Part shown: piece after piece, positions 31,598-42,452 of the stretch
Numbering within the stretch: position 1 is the stretch's first letter
Layout: every line of letters begins with the position of its first letter
Notes under the pieces: generated by a model
The model's input: the letters and a program-made list of their open reading frames with translations, nothing else
What the model was told of the DNA's origin: nothing
The model's database searches: none
Position numbers and translations under genes: made by a program
DNA from: an uncultured delta proteobacterium
GTDB taxonomy: Bacteria > Desulfobacterota > Binatia > UBA9968
Direction: 5' to 3'
NCBI GenBank assembly: GCA_963847445.1
Contig: CAWJZV010000007.1
Coordinates: 32,001-96,000, forward strand
Length of the DNA: 64,000 nucleotides

Positions 31598-33344
31598 TCA
31601 GCCTACGGTCGGGCGACGATTAAATATTCGTCGTGCGCCGCAAGCTCTTTTGGGAACCCCGCCGACGAGCCGTTCCAAAGGGCGCAGATTCTTCTCTTTT
31701 ACCAGGATCACAAATGGCGTGTCGGAGCTCTTCCAACGATCGGCGAACTCGTCGAAAGTTAACAGAGATTTCCCCCAGCGGGTGATCGGTTCGGGTTGCT
31801 CGGTAAGCGCGTAAAAATTGCCCAAGAACGTGCGCTTCTTGTTGCTGTGGGTCACCACCCACAGCGGCTTGTCGGTTTTGAGGTAAAATGGCAACGCTTC
31901 GGCATAGGTATCGTAGGAGACCATCTGTGTCGTTGGGGTGATGTACGGCAGCGCCTTTACGGCGATTTCCTGGGACGATCTGACCGGCGCTATCAAGACC
32001 ATCATTTCAGCTGAGCGTAAGCAAAAAGATCAACAGGCCGAAGCCCTGACTGAAATAAACATATCGGCGGTTTACCGCTCGTCCAGAGATCCCGTCTTGC
32101 AAGCGAGATAAACCAGTGCCAGTGAAACAAACGCGCTGCTCCAGAACAAAATCGCGATGCTATCGTAGCGCCCGCGGATAATCTTGGGAAAGATCTCGGG
32201 CGCGATCACCCCGGCGGCCGAGTAGATGAACAATGAACTTAAAACAACCCAGCTCGCGCCGAAGCCATAGCGGCAGGCGGTCTTGAGAATCGCTCAATAG
32301 GCGACTCACGGCGACACCGAGCAAAATCGCCAGTGGTGGAAAGCTCGGCAAAATGTAATGCGGCAACTTGGACTTGGACATCGAGAAAAACAAGATCGGC
32401 AAGATCGCCCACAAGATCAACCACAAGGTCCGATCGTCGAGCCGGCGGCGCCAATGATACTTTACCGTCGCCGGAAGCAGGAAGGTCCAAGGCAATAATC
32501 CCAGCGGCACGACATAGAGGTAGAAGTACCAGGGACTGGAACGGTCAAACTTCTCAGTCGCAGAAACGGCCGAAATGCTCTTCCAAAAAATAGTAACGGA
32601 GATAACCGGGATTATGCCGCTCGGCCAAAATATACCAAGGCATTACGATCAGGAGGAACAGCACAACGCCGGGAAACAAGCGTATCTTTCCCAAGACTCC
32701 TCCAGCTGTTGCTAAGCAGGAGATAAAAGAAAACGATAAGACCCGGCACGACCAGACCGACAAGCCCCTTGGTTAGCGTCGCGGCGCCGAGAGCGCCGTA
32801 TAAAATCGCACAGGTGGTCCAGTTAGCAGTCGAGCCTGGTGTCGTGGGCAGCGTGGTAAAAAGCGCACAATGCTAGCATGATGAAGGCGGTCAAAGTCAT
32901 GTCGAAAATCACCAGGCGGGAGAAGACAAAATAACCCGCGCTGGTGACTAGAGCCAAGACGCTCCACCGGGCTTCCCATTCGCCCCACCAGTGGCGGACG
33001 AAGACGTAGACCATGACGATAGAGCCAAAGGCAGCCAGCGCCGATGGCAATCTAGCCGCCCATTCGGAAACGCCGAAGAGTTTGTAAGAAAGCGCAATCA
33101 GCCAATAAAAAAATATCGGCTTATCGAGCACGGCATGGAAGTTTTCATGGGGCGTGATCCAGTCGTTCAAGACGAGAATCTCGCGCGCCTTCTCGGCGTT
33201 GCGGCCTTCGTCGGGTTCAAACAAGACGGGCCCGCCGAGTCGATAAAACAGAATCAACAGGACAAAGCTGAACAATGCCCAGGGGAACCACCGATCGGCC
33301 GGAGATTGCTGGGCCGGGTCGCTGCCTTTACGTGAAATTGTCAT
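31598..33344 (-). CDS. ArnT-like glycosyltransferase (GT39/GT83 type), multiple frameshifts
   Basis: EPDEGRNAEKARE, DKPIFFYW, GVSEWAARLPS, FFSMSKSKLPHYILP in consecutive ORF fragments. Confidence 0.85.
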
Positions 33345-33579
33345 TGATGCTGGAGGCACAGAATAACTGCGTAGCTTTCGCCGGTGAATTTACCTAACGC
33401 TGAACTTACCGGACTGTGCCAGATTATCAAGGTAAAGCGCGATCAAACGGTACCTCGAGTCGCCTGGTCGATGATCGATCGCAGAAATTGCGATCGACTG
33501 ATGGCCGCGCGATAACTGAATTGACATCCCCAACCCCCTGGCGTAGCCTGACGATCGCCTGACGGATTGTAGATTTCCC

Positions 33580-34755
33580 ATGACGCGGTACTTCGCCATG
33601 ACCGCCAAATTTTTGCTGGTAACAGTGTTTCTGCTGCAATCAGCCCCGCCAACCTTCGGCCAGCAAGCCATCGCCAGCTTTTACTATGACGAGCGCGGCA
33701 GCGTCGTGCGCCAGGAGCAGGACACCAACGGCGACGGCAAAATGGATCGTTGGACTTATTACAATAAGCCAGGCCAGGTCGAAAGGGTGGAACAGGATCT
33801 CAACTTTGACGGCAAGGCCGACACCATCGCTTACTATGAATCGGGCCAGCCAGTGCGCCAAGAGGTCGCCAGTAAAAACGACGGCCAGATCGACACTTGG
33901 TATTTCTACGACGCGGCTGGCGAGATCGAACGGCGCGGCCAAGACCCGAGCCGTTCCGGCAAGGCGACGGTTTGGGTTTACTACCAGAACGGCCAAGCGG
34001 TGCGCAGCGAGGAAGATAGCAAATCAACGGGCAAGTCCAACCGCACCGTCCATTTGCGCGATGGCCAGATCAGCCACGTCGATGAAGACACCAACGGCGA
34101 CGGCAAGCCGGATAGTTTTTCGTATTATGAGAACGGCCAACTGGTGCGCAAGGAGTTGGACCGCAAGTTCAACGGCAAGATCGATCTCTGGGGTTACTAT
34201 CAAGGCAGCCGCTTGGTCAAACAAGAGGAAGATCTGCGCGGCGACGGCAAAGTGAGCCGGATCGTCTATTTTGACGGCGAGCAGGTTTTACGCCGGGAGG
34301 AGGACACCGGCCGGCGCGGCCGCATGGATATAATCGAGACTTTTGCTCAGGGCAAGGTCGTCAAACGGCTGCGCGACACCAAAGGCACCGGCAAATGGGA
34401 TATCGTTTACGAATTTGACAATAGCGAGCTCGTGCGCGAAGAGCGCGACACCGACGGCGATGGATTTTTCGATCTGAGGATTCTCTACGAAAAAGGCCGA
34501 ATCCGCGCCCAAGAAGCCGACACCAATGGCGACCGGCGCGTCGATGTCTGGGTGAATTTTACCAACGGCGAGCGAGTCGAACAGCTTGAAGATCTAAAGG
34601 CCGAGGGTAAGATAACCGCACGCTATGTTTTCGCAGGCGGACAGGTGATCAGTCAAGAAGCGGTCGCCGATGGCGAACCGCCGCGGGCGTCGCCCGCCTT
34701 CGGAACCGTTGCGGAAGAGCACCGGGCTATGGCGCTGACACCGCCGCCGGCGTAG
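33580..34755 (+). CDS. Secreted protein made of about 13 tandem 24-25 aa Dx(N/D)xDG beta-hairpin repeats
   Basis: Signal peptide, then units such as QEQDTNGDGKMDRWTYY, VEQDLNFDGKADTIAYY, VDEDTNGDGKPDSFSYY, EERDTDGDGFFDLRILY. Confidence 0.8.
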   Translation: MTRYFAMTAKFLLVTVFLLQSAPPTFGQQAIASFYYDERGSVVRQEQDTNGDGKMDRWTYYNKPGQVERVEQDLNFDGKADTIAYYESGQPVRQEVASKNDGQIDTWYFYDAAGEIERRGQDPSRSGKATVWVYYQNGQAVRSEEDSKSTGKSNRTVHLRDGQISHVDEDTNGDGKPDSFSYYENGQLVRKELDRKFNGKIDLWGYYQGSRLVKQEEDLRGDGKVSRIVYFDGEQVLRREEDTGRRGRMDIIETFAQGKVVKRLRDTKGTGKWDIVYEFDNSELVREERDTDGDGFFDLRILYEKGRIRAQEADTNGDRRVDVWVNFTNGERVEQLEDLKAEGKITARYVFAGGQVISQEAVADGEPPRASPAFGTVAEEHRAMALTPPPA

Positions 34756-34830
34756 GCTTTGAGAGCCCGCATTACCGGGTTGCCCAGGGACATTGAAATC
34801 TAGTAGGATCGTGTAGGTTGGCAAAGTTTA

Positions 34831-35952
34831 ATGAGAAGGCTCGCTGCATTCATAATATTAGGTCTCATCGCCCAGGGTTGCGAAACCGCGGTAACCCAGA
34901 ATCCGCCGGGTTCCGGGCAAGTTCCTGGCGCAACTGCCAACCCCCAACAGGCTAAAATCGACAATGATCGACGCTGGGCTCATGCGGTTGAGAGTGCTCA
35001 GAAAGCGGCCTTTCTCGGCGGCATTTTCGGCGGACCCTTCGGTGCGCCGGCAAGCATGGTCATGGGTGTGATCGGCTTCACCTACGGCATGTTTAGCGCC
35101 GATTCGAAGATCGCCGAAGAGAAGGCTCAAGCCCAGGTGCGCTATCAAAGGGAATCCGACAAAGACCGCGTCTTGGAAAGTGCCATCGAGCAGGAAATCG
35201 AACGTCAGCGCGCCTTGGAAAATCAGATTGCCGGAGTGACTGGGCAGCCGGTCAGCACGCAACCGGCGCGCCTGCCACCCCAAGTAAATCAACCGGCACC
35301 GGCCGTGTCGAATCCTCCGCCGCAGTCGGGTAATCCTGCTGGCGCCATCACGGTTGCCCGCACCAGCACCCCGCCGTCGCCGCCGCCGTTTCGCAATGTC
35401 GAAGTCCGCGATATCAACAATGACGGCGTGCCCGATATTTGGATTTACTACAATCCGCAGAAGCCAGGCGAGATTATCCGCCAGGAAGAAGCGACCAAGA
35501 ACGATGGTCGCGTCGATGCCTGGAGCTATTTCCAAGATGGCCAGATGGTCCGGCGCGATGTCGATCGTCGCGGCAGCGGTCGCCCCGACACCATTTATTA
35601 TTACGAGATGGATAAGATCGTCCGTGAAGAGCGCGACGAGACCGGACAAGGCCGCATGACCTATCGCGCAAGCTATCAGAACGGCCGCATTGAGAAAGTA
35701 GAGAAGGATTCCACCGGCCAAGGACGGACGGATCTATGGATCTTCTACGACATTTCTAGAGACGGAGAGATCGTTCTGAAAGAAGAGCGCGACTTAAACG
35801 GTGACGGCGTCGCCGATCTTTGGTCTTTCTACGATAACGGCAGGCTAGTGCGCCGGGATGTCAATGCTCCAGGACTGGAGATCCTGTCCAAACAAGATCA
35901 AGTGCCCCTGCCTACCAGCGAAATTAGACCTCTCGCGACTCCCGGCAGCTAA
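34831..35952 (+). CDS. Lipoprotein with hydrophobic Gly-rich hairpin, coiled coil, Pro-rich linker and about 6 Dx(N/D)xDG repeats
   Basis: Lipobox-like LIAQG-C; AFLGGIFGGPFGAPASMVMGVIGFTYGMF; EVRDINNDGVPDIWIYY ... EERDLNGDGVADLWSFY. Confidence 0.8.
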   Translation: MRRLAAFIILGLIAQGCETAVTQNPPGSGQVPGATANPQQAKIDNDRRWAHAVESAQKAAFLGGIFGGPFGAPASMVMGVIGFTYGMFSADSKIAEEKAQAQVRYQRESDKDRVLESAIEQEIERQRALENQIAGVTGQPVSTQPARLPPQVNQPAPAVSNPPPQSGNPAGAITVARTSTPPSPPPFRNVEVRDINNDGVPDIWIYYNPQKPGEIIRQEEATKNDGRVDAWSYFQDGQMVRRDVDRRGSGRPDTIYYYEMDKIVREERDETGQGRMTYRASYQNGRIEKVEKDSTGQGRTDLWIFYDISRDGEIVLKEERDLNGDGVADLWSFYDNGRLVRRDVNAPGLEILSKQDQVPLPTSEIRPLATPGS

Positions 35953-35953
35953 A

Positions 35954-36974
35954 ATGACCTACGATTCCTCGTCAAGCGAAGATGCTGGGTTGCTATCGCT
36001 CTTCCGCAGCCCGTTTTTATTGCCGTCGTTGATCTTCCATGGGCTATTATTTCTCTTAGCTTTACGCACAGCGGCGCTGACGATCGTCAAGCCCGCCGCC
36101 GAAACGCCGATCTCTGTGCAACTGATGGAAGTGCGCACTGGTAGCTCGGAAACCAAGAGTATCGGTCCCGGCCAAGGCGCCGGCGGGCCGAAAACGATGC
36201 CCAAGCTTGGTCTGCCAATCCCGCCGCGGCAACAGACCGGCAAACTAGACAGCGGCACCGTCGAGAGCACCGCGCCGTCGACCAAATCAGAAGCCGCTCC
36301 AGAACCCAAAGCCGTCCCATTGCCAGGACCCAAAGTGCTCGCCACCGACAGCCGAGAAACGATCAATGCTAAGGAAACTTCGCCGGATTCTCTGGTGAGT
36401 TTGCCGACAAAGGCAGCGCCATCAAATCTCCCCGGTAGTACTGCCAGTGAACTGGCGCTCACTCAGCAAAGTCTCGCCGCGCTCAAGGGCAGCGGGGAAG
36501 GGCCAGGTATCAAAGCGTTGAAAGAAGGCGCGCAGGTTCCCGGTGCCTTAAAGGGTACGGGGAGCGGCGCCGCGCCCTATGGCGTGCCCGGTGGCACTAA
36601 AGGCGGAACTGGCATCGCCGGTGGCGGCACCGGGATAGGTAGCGGGGGTGGCAGCAGCACCGGCTTGAAAGGCATTCCGGCGGCTGATTTCAATAATTAT
36701 TTCAATCAACTCAAACGCCGGGTTGAGTCCGTGTGGAAATTCCCCGATGGCGTTTCCGGGTTGCAGAAAGGTCGGCGTGGTCTTTACCCTCGACCGCAGC
36801 GGCAAATTGATCAAAGCCGATGTCTTGGAATCGTCAGACCCGCGGCTCAACGCCGGCGCCGTGGAAGCGATGAAAAAAGCGTCGCCCTTCCCGCCCATTC
36901 CGGAGAGCTTGAAAGATCTCGCCAACGAACCGCTGCGCATGCAGTTTACCGTGACCGTTGGCATTCGCGGTTAG
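35954..36974 (+). CDS. TonB/TolA-family energy transducer (frameshifted near 36770)
   Basis: Single TM with SLIFH (S-x3-H motif), Pro/Gly-rich linker, C-terminal YFNQLKRRVESVW..V.FTLDRSG..VLESS..AVEAMKKASPFPPIP. Confidence 0.85.
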
Positions 36975-37063
36975 TCCAGTCCTGGCGCGCGTTGTTCGTG
37001 GCGATTCGTTGAATTAGTTGTCATTTTCGTTCATCTTCGTTGGAGTAACCGGAAAGGTCTTCC

Positions 37064-37692
37064 ATGCAACCGCAAGGTCTGGATCTCGTAGCGATCATTA
37101 ATCAAGGCGCCATCGCCACCTATCCGCTGATCTTGTTGTCGATCATCAGCGTCACCGTCGTATTCGAACGGCTGTGGTCGCTGCGTAATCTTGAGCTCAA
37201 TGACTCTGCGGATCGCCGATTCCCTGCACGAACCGCTCAAGAAGGGCCAGCGCGATCTCGCCGTGGCGATCTGTAAGCAGAACTCGAACTCCCCGGCCGG
37301 CAGAATTTTTTTGAATATTCTCGAGTCACGAAAAGATCTCTCACCCGACCGAGCCAACAGCATCGCCACCGAGGCGATGTTCGAAGAAACCCAGAAGCTG
37401 AAAAAACATCTTATGGATCCTCGGCACCGTCGCCAGCAGCGCGCCGTTCATCGGCTTGTTGGGCACGGTTATCGGCATCATTCGCTCCTTCGAGAGCATG
37501 GCGGTCGCCGGCACCGGCGGGTTTGCGGTCGTCGCTGCGGGTATTTCCGAAGCCTTGGTCGCCACTGCGTTAGGTCTCGCGGTCGCCATCATCGCGGTAA
37601 TTTTTTACAACTATTTTCAGACCCGCATCGGCAGCTTGAATGCGCTTTTTCGCATCCAGGTCGGCAAGGTTCTCCAGAATGCCAGCCTTTAA
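37064..37692 (+). CDS. MotA/TolQ/ExbB proton channel family protein (frameshifted)
   Basis: [18 protein letters not shown]; [24 protein letters not shown]; [18 protein letters not shown]. Confidence 0.9.
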
Positions 37693-37701
37693 GGTATTGC
37701 C

Positions 37702-38127
37702 ATGGCGATGACACCCCTGGGCGGCGGCGAGGACAACGGCGATATCGTTGCCGAGATCAATATCACGCCGCTCACCGATATCTTTCTCGTCTTGCTGATC
37801 ATTTTCATGATTACCAGCTCGGCGATGATCGAGTCCGGCGGCAAAGTGAATTTGCCCAAGGCGGTGGCGACCCAAACCGAAAGCCGCGGCACAACCGTGA
37901 CTTTGACACCGAAGAAAGAAATCTTTGTCAATCAAAAGAAGGTCAGCGAGGAAAGCTTAGAAAAAGCCCTTCAGGAAGCTCTCAATAATAACGCCAACAA
38001 GACCGTCATTCTCCGCGGCGATAAAGACGTCTTACTCGGCGAGACTGTCAAAGTGATGTCGATCATCAAGCGCGCCGGCGCCACCGAGATCGCCATCGCC
38101 GCCGAAGCCGAACGCAAGACGCGCTGA
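37702..38127 (+). CDS. ExbD/TolR family protein
   Basis: EINITPLTDIFLVLLIIFM, VNLPKA, VILRGDK. Confidence 0.92.
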   Translation: MAMTPLGGGEDNGDIVAEINITPLTDIFLVLLIIFMITSSAMIESGGKVNLPKAVATQTESRGTTVTLTPKKEIFVNQKKVSEESLEKALQEALNNNANKTVILRGDKDVLLGETVKVMSIIKRAGATEIAIAAEAERKTR

Positions 38128-38160
38128 CAACGGTTAGCGGCGAATTTTTGAGTCGGAGAA

Positions 38161-39453
38161 TTAGCGCGGCGGACCTTCGTTGGACGGCGGTAATTGTTGC
38201 GGCCGGCGCAAGCCTTCTTGCCGCTGGCGCTCGACGTCTCGCTGAATCTCTTCTGGAGTTTTGCCCAATCTGCTCAACTTCTAACTTTAGCTTCTTCTCT
38301 CTTTCCAGAAAGATTTCGAGCTCCAAGGACTTCTGGGTTCCCGACTGGTAGAAGACAGATGATTGAAGCGCGGCTGTTCGAGCCGTCGCTGGAACGCGCC
38401 AGGACATCGATCTGATTCTTGCCCTCGACCACCGGCAATGCCGCCGCAAAAAAACCGTCCGCCGCCAGACGTAAGTTCGCCGCCTTCTGTCCCGAGGTTT
38501 GGTTAACGATCTGGACAAAGTCGACGCCGACGACGGAGATTTGATCCATAATCGCCAAGACATCAGCCGGGCGCGATAGCGGCGTGTAGGTGCCAGCCGC
38601 TCTCCTTGGCGATCCCTTGAACCGCCCAAGGAAAGTTGACGACCTCGTCGCCGAGGCCAAAGACGTGAATTTTAATGCCGGCGCGGCCGGCCAATCGTGC
38701 GGCGTTGACAGTGAGCTGGACATCGGTTTCGGCCACGCCCCGGCCGTCACCGGTCGGCAATGACGGTAAGCCGTCGGTCAAGAAAAACTGCGCTTTGATC
38801 GCATCTTGCCGTTTGGCGCTCTGGCCAAGTCCCAAAAGCTCAGCTGATGCCAAGGCGGATGCCTTCCACCATGTTGGTGCCGCCGTTGGGTCCGGCCCAA
38901 TAGACTTCATCGAGTACCCGGCGCACTTGCTCGAAATCATTCGTCAGCGGCTGAACCAAGCGCCCCTCCTTCGCGAAGGTGATGACTCCGACTCGGGTCG
39001 ATTGCGGATTCAACTGGGTCAGCAAACGGCGCGAAGCGACGACCTCAGCGCCAAGAATTGAATGACGTAAGTTGATCCGCGTTGATTCGAAGGTAGGGGC
39101 GCCCATTCCCATGCCGCGCCGCGAAATCGAGATCTGCGGTTGCAGGCTCGGCGCGCCGCCAAAGAGCATACTTATCCGGGAGTTCGGCTTGATTGGCAAA
39201 TTCGGCGCCGGCGGAGTTGACCGTACTCCCGGAAGTATCGAGAATTAAAAATATATCGACATTGGCCGAGCGTGACATTATCGCTCGCGACTTTGCCGCT
39301 AATCAGGATCGTTTTTTGGTCTTCGGCGATCTGCGAACCGTCTTTGGGCGAAAGGATTTGAATCTTAGGCTCGGCGGCCCGGCCCAGGCTCACCGTGGCA
39401 GCGAGGATAAAGGAAAGGGATAAAACAACCATTCGGGTCGATTTTTCGGTCAT
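38161..39453 (-). CDS. Secreted vWA-domain protein with Ig-like flanks (multiple frameshifts)
   Basis: Signal peptide; ILDTSGST MIDAS, RVGVITF, GGTN, FLTDG, IHVFGLG; flanks IQILSPKDG..ISGKV and LPVVEGKNQIDVLA; stop reconstructed at 38161. Confidence 0.75.
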
Positions 39454-39571
39454 GCCATTCTTGCCCCCAGGGACTAAAACGCTAACACGAACCAGCTACC
39501 CTGTAAATGTCACCTGTGCCCCACGATCGAAACAGTACAACTGAGCGCGGCGCCGTGGTATAATCGGTGAC

Positions 39572-40351
39572 ATGATCATCAAGACAACCGCGACAGTGGC
39601 CCTGTTGATTGCGCTCTTCTGGATCAGCCAGTCCGAAGCGCAGTATGTTTTGATTTTAAATAACGGCCGGCAAATTTCCGTACAGGATTACCGTGAAGAA
39701 TCAGGAATGATCAAATTTCACGGGTTTGGCGGCGAGATCGGCATCAGCAAAAGTCAGGTCAAGGCGATTCGCAAGTCTGCCGAGACGGCTGACGAGGGAT
39801 TAACTATACCTGCTTCGATGCCGGAGCCCGTCAACACAGCGGATTCAAGTTCACCGCCTCCCTTGCCATCGGCGACAAGACCGGAACCACCGCTGTCGCC
39901 GGAAGAACAACGAGCTAAGGAAGAGCAGGATTATCAACAGAAACTAATCGACGTCAATGAACGACTAAAAGCGGCAAGGGATAGTTACTCCGAGACGATC
40001 CGTGGCACAACCAGTTCAGACCCGAGTCTGCTAACCACCGAAGCGCAGATGAAAGCGCGCCAAGACGACATCGTTTCGCGCGCGCTCGATGCGCAATACA
40101 AACCCAGCGATCCCACCGGGACGAGACTGGTAACACCGTCACCGTTTAGTACTCTCCCACCAACCATCGTCGATACCCGGCCCCCGCCCGAGGCTACGCC
40201 GCGTTACGACACCACCCTGCCGCAATATACGCCGCGGCAAAAAGAGCTCAGCGAGTTGCGCAGCCAGACCATCGATCTGGAGAAGGAACGAGATAGATTA
40301 ATCGACGAGATGAATAAGAAAAATTTTGGCAGCGGCAAGCTGTTTGAATAA
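39572..40351 (+). CDS. Secreted hypothetical protein (small N-terminal beta domain, Pro-rich linker, coiled coils)
   Basis: Signal peptide, VLILNNGRQI..GGEIGISKSQVKAI, then helical charged segments. Confidence 0.7.
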   Translation: MIIKTTATVALLIALFWISQSEAQYVLILNNGRQISVQDYREESGMIKFHGFGGEIGISKSQVKAIRKSAETADEGLTIPASMPEPVNTADSSSPPPLPSATRPEPPLSPEEQRAKEEQDYQQKLIDVNERLKAARDSYSETIRGTTSSDPSLLTTEAQMKARQDDIVSRALDAQYKPSDPTGTRLVTPSPFSTLPPTIVDTRPPPEATPRYDTTLPQYTPRQKELSELRSQTIDLEKERDRLIDEMNKKNFGSGKLFE

Positions 40352-40363
40352 CATTTTTTTCGC

Positions 40364-40806
40364 CTAAAGGCCCGCCACGGCAGCACGCAATCCCAACAGA
40401 TAACTATCCAATCCGAATCCCGCGATTTGCCCGACCGCCACCTCGGCGATAAACGAGTGATGGCGAAATTGCTCACGCTTGTGAATGTTGGAAATATGAA
40501 TTTCGATGGTCGGTAATACCCACGGCGGAAATCGCATCGCGCATCGCCAGGCTCGTGTGGGTGTAGGCCGCCGGATTAATCACGAGGGCGGCGAACTTGC
40601 CGGCCGCTTGTTGAATCCAGGTGACCAATTCGCCTTCGTTATTGGATTGGCGAAAGTCGATTTCCACCGCCAACTCCTTGGCCAGGGCGCGCACTCGTTT
40701 TTCGATCTGCGCCAACGTTAATTTGCCGTAGATATCCGGCTGTCGAGTTCCCAAAAGATTTAAATTAGGTCCGTTGAGAATCAGAATTTTGGGTTTCTTT
40801 CGCCAT
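40364..40806 (-). CDS. aroQ: Type II 3-dehydroquinate dehydratase (frameshifted)
   Basis: [46 protein letters not shown], then [14 protein letters not shown] in another frame. Confidence 0.93.
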
Positions 40807-40845
40807 CGTTGATTCCCGCTTTCCGCTAGCCGTGGATAACTGTGA

Positions 40846-41924
40846 CTACGCACCGAGCCCGCGCAAGATTTCGCTCGGCACCAACCAGTGAAATCGCGTT
40901 TTGCCGATCCCTTCGCACATCACGAACTTGATTTGCGCCGCCGGCTGCCTTCTTGTCGACTTCCATCGCTTGAATTAAGCCAGTCAGTGAAACATCGCCG
41001 GGGATCTCGCTTGGCAATCCGGCGTTCTCGATCAACTGAACGATGCGCTGCAAACTCTGAGCATCGCAAAAACCGTGGCGCGCCGATAGTAGCCGCAGCT
41101 TTAGCCATGCCGACTGCCACCGCCTCACCGTGGAGAAACTGGGTATAACCTGTGACCGCTTCCAAGGCGTGACCGATCGTGTGACCGAAGTTGAGCACGG
41201 CACGATAATCGTCTTCGCGCTCGTCGACTTCGACGACCCGCGCTTTGATGGCGCAGGAAGTCGCGATCGTCTCGATCAGTAAATCTTCATCGAGCCGCGC
41301 TAGCGCAGCGATTTCTTGCTCAAGCAGGCGAAAAAACTGAGCGTCTTCAATAACACCGTATTTAATCACTTCGGCCAGACCGGCGCAGAGTTCCCGGCGC
41401 GGCAGCGTGCGCAACACCGAGACATCGATCAACACCAGTCTCGGCTGATAAAAAGCACCGATGAGGTTCTTACCGTCGGCGTGGTTGACACCGGTCTTGC
41501 CGCCGACGCTGGAGTCAACTTGGGCCAACAACGTTGTCGGCACCTGGACATAGGGCACACCGCGCAAATAGGTCGCCGCGGCGAATCCTGCCATGTCGCC
41601 GACCACACCGCCGCCCAGCGCCAGCACGCAAGACTTGCGCTCGAAGCGTTGGGCGATCAGGCAGTCGTAAATGGTTTGAAGCGATTTGACAGTTTTGTAT
41701 TCCTCACCGTCAGGAATGAGCACTGGGATAACCGCGAATCCCGACTCCTCGAGCGCGTTGCCGACGGTATCGAGGTAAAGTTGGGCCACGGTTGGATTGG
41801 TCACCACCGCGACTTTGCCGCGCAATCCAGCTTGTTCGAGAAATTCGCCGATGCGTGGCAAATTACCCGCGCCGATATGGATCGGGTAAGAACGGTCGCC
41901 AAGATTGACATTTAAGCTTTGCAT
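40846..41924 (-). CDS. aroB: 3-dehydroquinate synthase (3' frameshifts)
   Basis: [49 protein letters not shown]. Confidence 0.95.
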
Positions 41925-42450
41925 CGTTTTATCGAGACCTGTCCAACCGCTGCGACAATCTGGTCGACCACCTGTTCAAGCGTCAGTTCACTGGTATCGA
42001 CGGATGACATGAGCTTGAGCGTATTTATCGGCCCGGTGTGCCATCAGCTCTTCGATGCGCTCGCGCCGATTGGGTCCTTTGAGCAGCGGTCTCTTGGAGC
42101 TGTTACCCACTCGCGCCATGATTGTCTCCGTCGATGCGGTTAGGCAGACGAGCAGCGTTTTATCTTTGAGCAAGTGAAGACTTCTCCTCGTCCATCACCA
42201 CGCCGCCGCCGGTGGCGATCACATGTCCCGGCTGCTGCACCAAGTCGGCGAGCGTCTGTTTTTCCAATTCGCGAAAGTACGGCTCGCCTTTTAGCTCGAA
42301 GATTTCCCGAACCTTGAGGCCGGCACGCTTTTCGATCATGCGGTCGAGATCGATAAAGCGCCGGCGCAAACGTTTGGCCAGATTGCGCCCCACGGCGCTC
42401 TTGCCCACCGCCATGAAACCGATCAGCGCAATGTTTTGCAGGTCCGGCAA
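41912..42450 (-). CDS. aroK: Shikimate kinase (frameshifted)
   Basis: IGFMAVGKSAVG, GEPYFRELE, VIATGGG, KRPLL. Confidence 0.93.
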
Positions 42451-42452
42451 GT

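Noticed and set aside
33580-35952. RHS/YD toxin or CRISPR-like DNA repeat
   Set aside because: The repeats are degenerate at DNA level and purely protein-coding. There is no RHS core end motif, toxin tip or immunity gene, and no spacer-separated identical repeats anywhere in the window.
33580-39453. A complete myxobacterial Agl/Glt gliding apparatus
   Set aside because: Only one ExbD/TolR gene and no recognisable Glt outer-membrane or large TPR components; the analogy is kept only as a hypothesis.
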